Assembly: GCA_022813965.1 (NCBI GenBank)
Contig: JALDZS010000003.1
Coordinates: 1 to 64,000 of the forward strand
From: Toensbergia leucococca
Taxonomy: Eukaryota
DNA: 64,000 nt
Reading direction: 5' to 3'
How positions within the stretch are numbered: the first letter of the stretch is position 1; each line of letters begins with the position of its first letter. Of this stretch, positions 38,567-50,182 are shown in pieces. The position numbers were made by a program, and so were the translations under genes. The notes beneath the pieces were generated by a model. It searched no databases and was not told the origin of the DNA. It saw nothing but the letters and a program-made list of their open reading frames with translations.

Positions 38567-39748
38567 GTTGGTTGAGTGACGATGTCGGAATGGGGTGGTG
38601 ACGGTTTTATGATACCTAATATTCCTCGATTGTAGGGCTGGCGGTTGAAATGCGGGGTTGTGACTAGGTAGGTAGTATTCAGGATAATTGACAGAGGAAC
38701 TATGTGGTGCTGTCGCGAAAGATGAAGCAAGTCGTACTCGTATGGTTGTGATAGTTGTCGTCAAGTGGCGTGAAAGCATCACGTAGAAGTGCTTTTGATA
38801 TCATCCTTTCCTGCTCATACGGTACTTACTTATATCCTTCCTCCATTACTGATAAAAGTCAAGTCCTCGAATTGATGCGGAACTCGTACGGCTGAGGGGC
38901 TTTTCTGGACATGCCAAGACGGATAGATCCACCAATCAGAGTATTCTAGATTGCACGTCCGAGGGCCTACCTAGGTGGACTGGTGGAATATTCTATCACC
39001 AGTCTACCCTGTCTCCTGTTCCCCCAATTCGGAAGCGCGTCAAGAAGACGGCCAGACACTTTTCGGCTGTATGAGTCTGATTGAATGCTATTGCCTAAGA
39101 GGAACACAACACCGTCTCTATTCTTTTCGTCAGCTTTGTGTGTACACTCCACTGGATGATCTCGGTCTCCAGAGGAAGCATGTAGGAATCTCACCTTGCT
39201 AAGACATCTTCCTCAATCCTCGTAATTATGTCCTCACCGCTCTTGAGGCTTCCATGCTCTTGTCTCCTTGAGAACTCTGATTGATGAACTCGAGCTGTCT
39301 CACGGTGTAGATTCATCCATGTAGCCCTCAGAAACATCACCGCCGCGAAGACCACGTCTGTATTGCTTTTTCCAGTGATAGTGGTGCCATTGCTTGCTGC
39401 GCATTCAGGAGCGTTCTCTTCTTATGCTTCCGGCGCCAGTTCTTTGGGAACCTGCTTTTCCAGAACTTGGTGTTCATCGTGCACTAATAAAAAGAAGCAT
39501 CGAATAGATCTTTTTTCGATATTCGGAACTAGATGAAGGGGAATTCACACAAATAACCACAAGAGGGCCTGCATCCGGCATTTCCAGAGAGGACCAAAAC
39601 ATGACACTTGGTCACAATTTGGGCCTCTTTTCATTTGCCTTTTGTTGAGGTACGGCATGCCAAAGCTCCGTCATCAAGAATCGACGAGACAACAGTTCTT
39701 ATATCTACTAACTCCATCTAACACATGTGTATCTTGAGCTAAGCAAAC

Positions 39749-40852
39749 CTAAACATTCTCACTCGCCAGATATTCCGCGCTAAACGGATAATCCACGTAA
39801 CCTATAGCTGAATTGTTGATAAAGAAAGTCTTGCGTTCGTATGCACTAAGCTCCAGACCTTCCCTGATTCTATATACCAGATCTGGGTTTGCAATGAAGT
39901 ATCTCCCAAATATGACCACAATATCCTTGTTTGGATACTCTTTATCGACGAGATGCTGGGCATCTGCCAGCTTGTACCCGCCAGCAACAAGAAGAGGTCC
40001 ATTCCAGAGCTTGTAGGCAAAATCTAGCCGCTCACTGCCTTCGGAATCCTCGCTGCCAGACACCCGCGACTCGACCAAGTGAAGGTATGCTAGATTTGAC
40101 TGACTGGCTTTTTCGATGATATCCGCAAATTGCGGGATTGGGTTCTTCATCCTCATGCCCTGGAAAGAACTCCACGGGCTGAGACGAAGCCCGACACGTT
40201 CTGGGCCGACAGCGTCAACGACAGCCTTCATAATTTCGTTAATAAGACGAGACCTGTTGTCCACGCTCCCACCATATTCGTCGTCACGCTTGTTACTGAC
40301 GTCTTGAATGAATTGATCGACGAGGTAGCCGTTTGCGCCGTGGCACTCGACACCGTCAAACCCTGCACTAATGGCATTCTCCGAGGCGGTCGCGAAGTCT
40401 TGAACCGTTTGCTGGATCTCTTCGATGGTCATGGGTCGCGGAATCGGGGCACCTTCTTCGACTGGGATGGCGCTAGGCCCTACAATGCTGACTCCATCCT
40501 TTTTAGCCACTTCAACATCCGCAGCACGGCCCATTGCAAACAGCTGACAGAATATAAAGCTGCCTTTGTGGTGGACTTCGTCAGTGATTGTCCTCCAGGC
40601 TGCGATCTGGTCTTTGCTCCAAATCCCAGGTGTATTGGTAAACCCGCCACAGGCTGACGGCGATACGAAGGTGCCCTCGGTAATAATCAAAGTGCCAGGT
40701 ACAGAGGCTCGTTGGCCGTAGTATTCCTTCATCAGAGGCACCGGCAGGCGGTCATCGGTCGCCCGCAAGCGAGTAAGTGGAGCCATCCCGATCCGATGTC
40801 TCACTTCCACGTTACCTATTCTCAACGGCTTAAAAAGGCGTGGTTCGGCCAT
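39749..40852 (-). CDS. Old Yellow Enzyme family NADH:flavin oxidoreductase (intronless)
   Basis: MAPLTRLRA, GTLIITEGT, GFDGVECHGANGYLVDQF, RDDEYGGSVDNRSR, RLSPW, GRYFIANPDL. Confidence 0.95.
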   Translation of the reverse strand: MAEPRLFKPLRIGNVEVRHRIGMAPLTRLRATDDRLPVPLMKEYYGQRASVPGTLIITEGTFVSPSACGGFTNTPGIWSKDQIAAWRTITDEVHHKGSFIFCQLFAMGRAADVEVAKKDGVSIVGPSAIPVEEGAPIPRPMTIEEIQQTVQDFATASENAISAGFDGVECHGANGYLVDQFIQDVSNKRDDEYGGSVDNRSRLINEIMKAVVDAVGPERVGLRLSPWSSFQGMRMKNPIPQFADIIEKASQSNLAYLHLVESRVSGSEDSEGSERLDFAYKLWNGPLLVAGGYKLADAQHLVDKEYPNKDIVVIFGRYFIANPDLVYRIREGLELSAYERKTFFINNSAIGYVDYPFSAEYLASENV

Positions 40853-41024
40853 GAGCAAAAGAATCTGAGAGTAGTATATTGGGGTAGTGAAGTTTTGTCT
40901 GCAGGTGGTTTGGACATGTGGGAAATGAAGCTCTCAACGGCTTAGGCCTTGGGGTTTTTATACTCCTTGACCTCGAAGTCCGATAACAAAATCGCCATGG
41001 CAAAAGAACCTAAGGACTAGAAAA

Positions 41025-41240
41025 GCTTACCAGTTTAGGAGAGCTATGAAACTACGGATATTGAGGAACTAAGAAAACTCCATTCAAGAAACAGAGGTAC
41101 TACCTATCGAGGAACAGAGATACTTCCTATTAAGGAAAAGAGATACTTCTGATTAAGAAACATAGACCACGTCCATTTAGGGTAAACAGATAATTCCAAA
41201 AAAGGAAAAAAGGTACTCCCAATTAGAGAAAGGAGGTGCA
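41025..41240. repeat. Degenerate 23-bp tandem array in the divergent OYE/TF intergenic region
   Basis: Consensus close to AAGGAACAGAGATACTTCCTATT. The TACT-like core recurs at 41098, 41121, 41144, ~41167, 41191 and 41214, with weaker copies to the left. Confidence 0.7.
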
Positions 41241-41532
41241 TCTAGAAAGGGGTTGGGCATTTACTACGTGGTAGTACTATCTACGCTAGACGGAGAAAAG
41301 GCAGACTGGTTACTAATACTCTGATTTATCAGCAGGCATGAAACGATCGCGACGTTTTGGCCTCCACGATCCACCCAGACCCCGCTAGAATATCGGTAAT
41401 CCGTGTTATACACACGCCGTTTTATCAATCCGCTACCTTGATATCAGCTGTCCCAGCATCTTCAAGATACATCCCGCTACGGCGCAAACATCATAGTCTG
41501 ACTGCCAGTCTTCGCCTTAGCAGTCTTGCACA

Positions 41533-43339
41533 ATGGTGTCAAAAAGTCATAATTCTGCAGAAGCCGAAAGCGAACCTGTTGCAGGTAGGCTGAGGCAAAG
41601 CATATCTAGGGCAGCCGCTTATTGTCTTGCTACTAACCCTTGTCAGCTGGAAATTTTCATTTCATCTCGTTCCAAGCTCCAGATGATGTGAAGGATCAGA
41701 TCACGAGGCGTCTAGCCCGGTCACATGCTGTAAAGCAAGCACTCCAGAAGAAGCGAAAGCTTCAGCAAGAATCGGGGGATAACTTTCGTGTAACGGCTTC
41801 GAAAGATAAACCCAGGAGATTAGTGAACAAGAAAGCGCGTACCGAAACTCGAGCCGCGTCGCTTTCCTCCCTGTCTGCAGGCGCGCTCGATCCGTTCCAG
41901 ACGCTTGCGGTAGATTCGTCGAGATTGCAGACACTGCTTGGCGACTGTAAGGTCCTTCTGATCGTCGAAAACTGCCTCGGACAGGCTAACAGTAACTGAG
42001 TTCAGACAAAGCTAGGCAGGCTCCTGAGCCAGTCTTCAGTGTTGTGGAAGAGCTGGCATTCCAGAACTTTCGCTCGGTTTTCCGAACTGGTTTAGTCGAC
42101 CCCGCTCTTCTGAACGCCATTATGCTCTCATTTGTATTCGCGGTAACTGGGGGCCGCATTAATCGAGAGTGTCTCGGCTACCAGAGTCAAGCAATTGGTT
42201 ATATTCGTGAGAGGATGAGTTCCCTGGATGAGGCTACCTCGGAATCAACCATTGGAGCTATTTTACTGCTAGCTGGGGTGGAGGTTAGCAAACCTTGCTC
42301 TTTGGATTCCCCCGGTGTCTTGAGCTGCGTCGAACTGATATTTGGTTATCCAGGCTCGCCTTGGGATGACATCTCAGGTTCAGCTTCATATAGGAGCAGT
42401 GCAGCAGCTGCTTCAGCTCTGTCAAACGAAGGGCGTTTATCTTACTGGCGGAATCAAACGGGCCATATTTTGGTAAGCAATATTGCATTACTTTTATGAC
42501 CTGCTCTTATACTGGCCGATAGGCAAGATCTGAATTCCTCAATTTTAGCAGGGTCTAGTCGCATAGTTGATCACACGACTTTTGCCGAGCTTCAATGGAT
42601 AAGAGATCCATTCTCCCCAAACTTCTTTCGGCTGCCACCGGGATTCCAAAAGCGCTCCGACCTACTTACCAAAGAGTTTATTGAAGTGCTTGAAGATATA
42701 CATGCCTTGGAATGCATTCGAGACGTTCCCCGTTTCACCAAGGGTGATGTATTGCTGATGGCACATATCAATAATCATACAGCATCTATTCAATCCAGGC
42801 TTGTGGGCTTGCCGAATCTCTCTCCTGTCCTGAAGTGTTGTCATCTTGCGGCATATGTATGCTCAGTTATGCTATGCTGCAAGGTTTGGTGCGCTTTAGT
42901 AATTCCCGTAGGTGAATCACAAACATTGTGTTCTCTATCTCTCGCTAGTTATTCTCCTGTCAAGAAAGCCTTGGTGCCTATGGACTTGACGAATGCAAGA
43001 CTTCCTTACTAGTCTGATGCATGAGTGTGCTGACTCCAGACTTCATAGTCCCATGTATCCTCACAATTACTCTACGAACTACAACAGGCGAACGACGACC
43101 CCATATGGGATGATCATTCTGATTTGCTATTTTGGCTACTATACATCGGCGGGGCATTCGTTCCAACAGGAAATATACGCTCTGAGTATGTCGTACTACT
43201 GCGCTCGAACAACGCTGTCAGGTTCCGACGCTTGTACAGATCATGGCCAGAATTGCTTGAAATCTTGAAGCAATTTATTTGGTCAGAAAAAGCATTTATG
43301 TCGCAGGTCAAGGCGCTCTGGGAAGAAACCTTCACTTGA
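41533..43339 (+). CDS. Fungal transcription-factor-like protein (Fungal_trans_2-like, no Zn2Cys6 cluster seen), multi-exon
   Basis: FHFISFQ...RRLARSHAVK, LDPFQTL, DPALLNAIML, IKRAIFW|QDL, LLFWLLYIGG and LKQFIW. Canonical introns; divergent from the OYE gene. Confidence 0.8.
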
Positions 43340-43429
43340 AATGACTTGATACATACCTCCCTGGGAGTATGGTTAAGCGACAGGTGTCGCTTCTCCCTCG
43401 GAGCTTCCATGGCGGTGAACTGCAGTGGC

Positions 43430-43734
43430 GAGGAAAGCACAGCCATTTCACAGAAACACGCTCTCAAGGGGCTCGCGACACTGGGAGTGGATATCAAGTT
43501 AAAAATGAGAGTTGTGAGAGCCACCACAGTACCGATCACACAGAAGTCACACTTTCAGATGAGCTCAAATTGACTGCGGATTTCTATCTCCCCACGCATA
43601 GCTTGGTACCCAACTCATCGTTAATTCTTTCAGAATTTCCCAGCAGCAAAGACATCATCACCATTGATGACTATCTCAGAGCAAAGGGCGCAGGAGATAT
43701 CTGGGCCATCAATGATGTCGTTGACGTTGAATGA
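43430..43734 (+). pseudogene. Fragment of AIF/AMID-like pyridine nucleotide-disulphide oxidoreductase
   Basis: ALKGLATLGVDIKLKMRV, then after a frameshift VTLSDELKLTADFYLPT...PNSS...IDDYLRAKGAGDIWAINDV, a degenerate form of the C-terminal FAD motif ending (W/F)A(I/L)GD. No N-terminal half. Confidence 0.6.
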
Positions 43735-44074
43735 AAGCAGTAATTATACATGGACAAGTAATCCTTATATGTTGTCAAGAACATTATTTTCATTCTAAAC
43801 AACGAGGTCCTGGTTCTGTACAAAGCCCTACATAGATCACATTACTAAAGATAAAAACAGGCTATTTAGGATTGCGTGACGTGTTGCTCCATGATTCGTC
43901 GGTTATCAACTGTCAAATTGCCAACATGATAACATCCTTATATGCTGATAAGCTCACTATCATCACCATCTACTTTTGTTAACTATTGCAGCAGTACAAC
44001 TTTATCATCTTGTTGCCTAAGCCAGGAGCGCTACTTTCAAGATAAAATAGTCGGGAGACTCAATTGCTCCAGCC

Positions 44075-45800
44075 ATGGCCCCAAAGCAATACAAGCCGAT
44101 AGCGCCGTCAGCCAGCATTCTCGAAGCTCCAACGGGCACTCAACCAACATACAACCCTCGCTCAGTCTCTGATTCACGGAGCATTCGTCAGAGAAGCATG
44201 GAGTTTACGCTCGCCCACCCCGTCGCTGACTACGGCCTTGAACGCTCCTATTGGCGGCATCAGTCCTCTTCACAGCTACCCCGCTTTGTTCCAACAATTC
44301 GCTCAAACCAAACCTCTGAGTAAACTCAAATCCATTTCGTCCCTGTTCATCTCCTTTTATGTGTTGATCAGTCAGCAATCACGTCGAGCTGGACGTTAAA
44401 CGTAGCTGTCCTTACGATTCAAGATCGATGATAGGCCTGTGCCATCTCTACTCTTCAACCTGATTCTACAAGGATAGATACAACAACCCTTCTCCCCGGG
44501 CTGTCACCGCCCCGATGATTCAAAACTAACCTCCCTTTCGCGTCAACACAAGATATCCTCATTGAAGTCTCAATATTGGCATGTATTCATGACTCAGTAC
44601 GGTATATGACACCTATTGTGACTTCAATAGCGACGTTCTCAATCAGTTTTCATCATTGTATTGATACTTCAGAATGCTAGTACCCTTTCACCCCTCAAGG
44701 GGAGCTATCAGGCGATATCTTTTTTACAGTCCTTGATGAGTAGATTCCCTGAGATTTTTCAGGTTTTTAGATTTATGAGTATCCTTGAGTCTCAGTGAGA
44801 CAATCTCACTTGAGCATGCCTAATTTATTCAGCAGACAATACTTTCATCAATGGCTCTCTGTCACAGTAGGAAGGAATAGAGAGTCTATCTACAGATAGG
44901 CGTCAGTGCAATACCTTTACTCCCTACAGATTTCACACATTAAGCTGTTGTCACTAAAGAGGGGCTGAAAAGATGATTAAGAGCAGAGAAGAGGTGATCT
45001 CTGTAATCATCTATCAATCTGCTGAGTCTATATAATTCAAAAATTCTTGACTGATAATAGAAAAGCAGATCTAATAACTGAAAGGGATTAATGAGTCTCT
45101 CTAAAGATGATTGTTCATAGAGAAACCTGTCAATTATTTATGACTATGAGTGAGTGTATAGAGTTATCAGTCTGAGCCTCTGATGTCACCTTTGTATGTC
45201 TGCTATAGTGTTATATTTACATGACCTCTTGTAAAACAATAAAAACAAACTCCTGCCTGATCAGTCAGCAATCAGAGTATACTCCTGTCACTTCTCTGAC
45301 TGTGACTGAGTCTTCACCCTCAGCTATAACCTTGATTACTATTAATCAACTCATTATGTCACTGAAGTCACTCATGACTTCTCTTCAGTCATTACAAATA
45401 ACTCATCACTTATCACTTATGATCACAGCTCAGAGCACTCCTGACTATTTAATAAGAGATCTTTAAGTGACTGACGGTCAGTTTTTTCCTCTCTTCTCAA
45501 CTCAGAGCAAAACCACAAGTAAGCTTGAAGCTGTCTCTCTTCTCAAAAAATCTCCTCATCCCTCTCAAGTGTTAGCTAAGAAACAGACCTCTGACAAAGA
45601 GACTCTATATCTGTGATGTCTCTGATTGTGACTCTGCCTTCAGCTAAAGCTGCAATCTCAGGCGTCACCTAGCTACTCACTATGACACTTAAGTCAAATA
45701 TGACTGCTCCTTTGACTAATGCAATCAGCAGGGTAAGAACAGCTTCATGCGCGTGAATCATCTGAGAGACTATACGCGCAAAGTGCATATGAAGGATGTT
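44075..45800 (+). pseudogene. Hypermutated C2H2 zinc-finger transcription factor pseudogene
   Basis: Frame from 45603 reads LYICDVSDCDSAFS*SCNLRRHLATHYDT*VKYDCSFD*CNQQGKNSFMRVNHLRDYTRKVH: two C2H2 fingers with TAA stops at 45645, 45690 and 45717. The 5' boundary (ATG 44075) is a guess. Confidence 0.75.
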
Positions 45801-45835
45801 GATATCAATCATAGGTCCAAATGATAATTAATAGT

Positions 45836-45970
45836 GAGCTTGATGATTCTTAATAAGCTTGATGATTCTTGATGAGCTTGATGATTCTTAATAAGCTTGA
45901 TAATTTTTAATGAGCTTAATGATTCTTGATGAGCTTGATGATTCTTGATGAGCTTGATGACCCTTGATAA
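45836..45970. repeat. Minisatellite, 19-bp unit x ~7
   Basis: GAGCTTGATGATTCTTGAT units at 45836, 45855, 45874 and onward, differing mostly by G>A transitions. Confidence 0.9.
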
Positions 45971-47523
45971 TCCTTGCATATATAATAATACAGTCACATC
46001 ACTTATCATGCTTATCTCCTCTTGTTTAGCTAAGATGTTCATATGAAGATTGCCTGATATCTCTGTATCTTCTAGAGTAGTAAGTTGTTAAGTTATTTCA
46101 AATTGACTTTTTGAAACTAAGGGTGTTTTGATCTATTAAAACATATCTACCTGTTAGAAAGAAAGTCTCAGGTACATATTTCACTTCCCTTTGCTTATAT
46201 TCTTTCTGACTAAGTCATATTTATCCTTATTCTTCTTCTCAACAGTATTAAAAGCTGAAATTTCTCTCTCTTCTCTTTCTTTTATCTTTCTTCTTCTCAT
46301 TCTTAATCACTAACTTAAGATTGAATGTCTTTTTTAATCTTTAAATTCAGTCACTCATCTGAACAAGAAGTGTTTAAATAAGATATGTGAGTAATAAGAA
46401 TTGTGTTAAAGAGACTAGTAGTGAATGTGTTGATTTTTAGTGAAGATCTTATATGAGAAGTCATGTATAAGACATGTGTTTGTTTGTAAGATGCTACTGA
46501 AGTGTAAGATGTGATGTTAATTGACCTTCTAATGATAAACAGACTGTAAGACTAGTATGTTATATGACAGATTGTACAGTAATCTCATTGTTGTCAGAGC
46601 CTGACCCTGATTTTAAGAATATTAACAGTTTAGATTCTCTGACCTTCATCTTTAGCTTAAATAGATGTTTCTGTAAATATTGATTGAAAACTATGTGATG
46701 TCATGATTAAATTTAAGAACATGAGAAAAAGAAGATCTCTCAAAGCTGAGAGCATCAAAAAAGTCTCTTTGTTTGAAAGTGCCTTCTCAACAATATGAGA
46801 GTGTAACTGCTTTTTCTAGCTTTTTTACTTGATGTACTCTAAAACAACAAGGGCCTACTTATGCAAACAAAGATCCTTTACTTAACAACAACATCATCTA
46901 TTAGTCACAGATACAATCCTCAGATATTCTCCTGCAAGACCCTTACCCTTGACTGCCAGCGCTCTGAACATCTGCCTTTGTATCCTTCCGTTTAAAGTCA
47001 ACTTCTATTCCGCTTTAATCTTCACTTTTACCTCTCATCTGAACGTCACAAAAGCAGTGCGCCACCAATTCGTTCTTCATCAAGGAGGACAGACCCCTAT
47101 AAGGGCAAGGCACTAGGCTAGTCTTTGAGGTGCTTCCTCTCACAGGCATGCTCAAGCCGTGGGCCGCTACCGCTGCGTCGAGATTACCCCTTTTCTCAAG
47201 AAAGAGAAGTGCAAGTACCGAAGATAGGGTTAGTTCTAGAATTGCCAAGGCGCTGGTGGGAAAGGAAAGAAAGTTTTCTTGCTGAAGCATCAGACTGGGC
47301 GAAATAAGATTCTCCGCATAGGAGGCATTTTCGATATGTTGATGAACCATTTGACTGATGGTGTTATTTGCAGTGAGATCAATCGCTCCGGTGTGTTGAC
47401 GCCAAGAGGATCTCTGAACGTTATAGTATAGATTGAATTGACAGCACTTGTGAAAGCACTCAGGCTCCCTTGTAACTGGGTCAGGCACAGAGAAGCCTCT
47501 GTAGGGAGGCACTCTTAAAGAGA

Positions 47524-50182
47524 TCACACGTCAATAATCTCCCGCTGCCCTGATGGTTGAACACAAGAATAGCACTTCCCAGCAACTATCCAACCTCGAG
47601 TCTGCTTCAATTCTACTAACCAGTGGTCGCGATCATGACAATGCAACCCCTTGTCAAAGCATACCTGACAAATATCATAGTCTCCTGTTTGGCAGGTATT
47701 GCAGTGGAAGAAAGATAATCGAACGCGTTTCCGACAGTGGTCACAAAAACAGTGATTTGAGAAAGCATTTCCCAGGATATTCGTATGCAAGTTTTGAGTT
47801 ATAGAAGCCTTGGTTTCCAGTGATTCAGCATCGCTCCTGGAGGGAAACAGCTTCAAGAGTCTCCAAGCGGCAGGTCGTTCATTTGGGTCCTTGGCCCGAC
47901 ATAAATTTATAATATCTTGGTAATATTGTGGAATATTTGCACGCAATCGGGGCAAAGTGATCGGATTAATATGAGATGGATCGCAGGACGAGCCTAGAGG
48001 GATGTTGCATCCTTCTCTAGTACATACTGGACTAAGTTGCTGAGGCGGAAGCAGGTTTTCGGCTAGACGCCACAGGAATAATCCTAGGTGGTATATATCA
48101 GTCTTTGGTGTTATTTTGGGGCATTCGGCTTCGTAGGTAGATGGAGGAATGTTTTGGAAATGGAGATATTCTGGAGGGTAATAACAACCCAGCACATTGC
48201 CCATGAAAAACCTCTTCTTAAAAGTCCAGAAGTGCAAGAAATCCAGATCATCAACCAAAAATCGTCGCCAGAGAGAGGACAGTGTCCCAACTACAAAGCC
48301 TTTGGAATGCACCAGACTAACCATTTCGATAAGGTTCCTCGCCCACTTCTCGCGGCGCTCCCATGAGATGGATAGGTTTTGGGGAATTTCATCGATTATA
48401 ATATTCCACCTTGTTTTCGGAAACTCGACGAGGTAGCTTTTCAAGTGCTTTCCAGTAATGTCGACGACGATACCAGCAAGCTTAGCAAATCCGGGGATTC
48501 CGTTCATGCAGCGAAGAAGCTGGATATTGTAGAGCATCTCTTCACTTGGAAGAGGACGGGCGAATTTCGTCTCGCGGACCAACACTCCATTGACAAACGT
48601 CACAAAACAGTTTGGTGGCTGAAGCAGTGCAATCTGCGTAAGCTCCTTTTCAAAATAGCGTGGACAGCCTAGGTCATCCAAGAATGTAAGAATCGCCCGA
48701 GACGCTTCCAACATTTGATTGGCTGCTACATACGAGCGGAGTTCAGACTTGTTATGTTGCTCTTGAATAGTGTTGTGGCTAGATAGATGAAGCCGGAAAT
48801 GGGCGTCCTCATCGAGATCTTCAACCTCTGCAAGGAACATCTTGATCTGTGCAAGGAGTGAGCAAGGAATTGATGCGGCTCCAGTCAAATAAAGAGCGTC
48901 GCTAGTACTGTATTCAAACTGTGAAATCTTCGTGGCCCTCCAATATATCGAAGAACGACAAACGTCAATCGAAATACTCAGTCTGCGCCACTGTCTGGCT
49001 GACTTGAAGTAGAAAAGCCTGTAACAATTTGGTTTGAAATCATCGGAGGAACTCTCTTCATGGAAGCTGGTTACAAGAAGACTAGAGGCTGCAATCTGCA
49101 GGTCTGTAGTATATGTTTCTGGAAAAAAGTTTTGTGAGACCTCAAAAGGGCTTGCTGGTTCTGGAGAGACCATAGGTTCGGGAACCATGTGAGCAAAGCT
49201 GGAAGACTCCCCCAGGGTTGGTTTATACTTGCTGCTCTGATGATGTTCTTCTGTAAAGCCAGGTAGGATCTTGGCGAAAGGGTCATGCCGGCTGCTTTGC
49301 GGAATAGTCTTATTTGTAGAAGCTTCATGAAGGTCTCTGTTTCCACGCCGTTGCACCAAAGATCGTTGTTCATTCGAATGCTTCTCGCCATTGAAACCTG
49401 GTGAAACTGACAGTAAGATACGCTCGACAGCATTCGACTGTGACAAAACTGCATGGTGTGTCTCCAGAATTGACTGGTGTATCTCAGATAGTTGTTGATC
49501 CACATTCATTGACGTTTCCATGGACCGGCCCAGATCGTGACTGATTAGGGATAACGTTGCTTCGGATCGTTTCGCAAAATATCTGAAACGGCATTAGTTT
49601 TATTTGGATCAATTTGGCTGATATGCACGTCTACAAGCTGTTTGCGGTCAGAGCAGCTGAAAGGTTTTCCCTATGCTCTCTGAGCTCGTTTTGGATTCTA
49701 TAAAGCTTTGACTTGTTTCTTGTCCAAGATCTTCGACGAGCTTGGGATGTTCCGTTGACATTTTTGAGTATCTTAACGTGGATCAGTTGATCTAATTGCT
49801 CGATGGTAAGCTTTGCTCTTGAAAGACTGGTTGTGATCACAGCAGAAGAGGAAGTTATGTGTTGACTGTGGATCTCCTTTATCAAGTTGGTAAAGTGCTC
49901 GAGTTGTTCCTGTGATAGTCATATACTTAGCATAAGGCCCTGACTGAAGCTGAGCGAACCGAGATGCGAGTCTCGAAAGGCGTCTGAGAAGTGAAGGTGT
50001 TTTGAAGAGACCAGGAGATGCTAGAGAAGGAACAATGACATTGGCGCCCCAATGGAAAAACGTACCTGCAAGGCTTCCAACTCCTTTTGAGCTCGATAGA
50101 ACGTTCTGGCATGCTTGATGCCCTCGATAACCAGCTGTGTAATTGTGACGACACTCGCTATCAGTCCCACAGCATCAACCAT
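47524..50182 (-). CDS. HeLo-like N-terminal domain + pseudokinase + ZZ-type zinc finger protein (3 exons, ~816 aa)
   Basis: Exons 50182-50066, 49909-49635 and 49582-47524 splice in frame through GT-AG introns. N-terminus MVDAVGLIASVVTITQL...ELEALQ is typical of fungal HeLo-like/STAND N-termini. Kinase C-lobe motifs YYPPE, TDIYHLG and CRAKDPNERP are present but HRD and DFG are not. C-terminal CDHC...FFHCNTC..GDYDIC..C...H..DH. Confidence 0.85.

Noticed and set aside
47015..47527. 170-aa ORF abutting the stop of the HeLo-pseudokinase gene
   Set aside because: Non-ATG start, no motifs; probably 3' UTR or intergenic.
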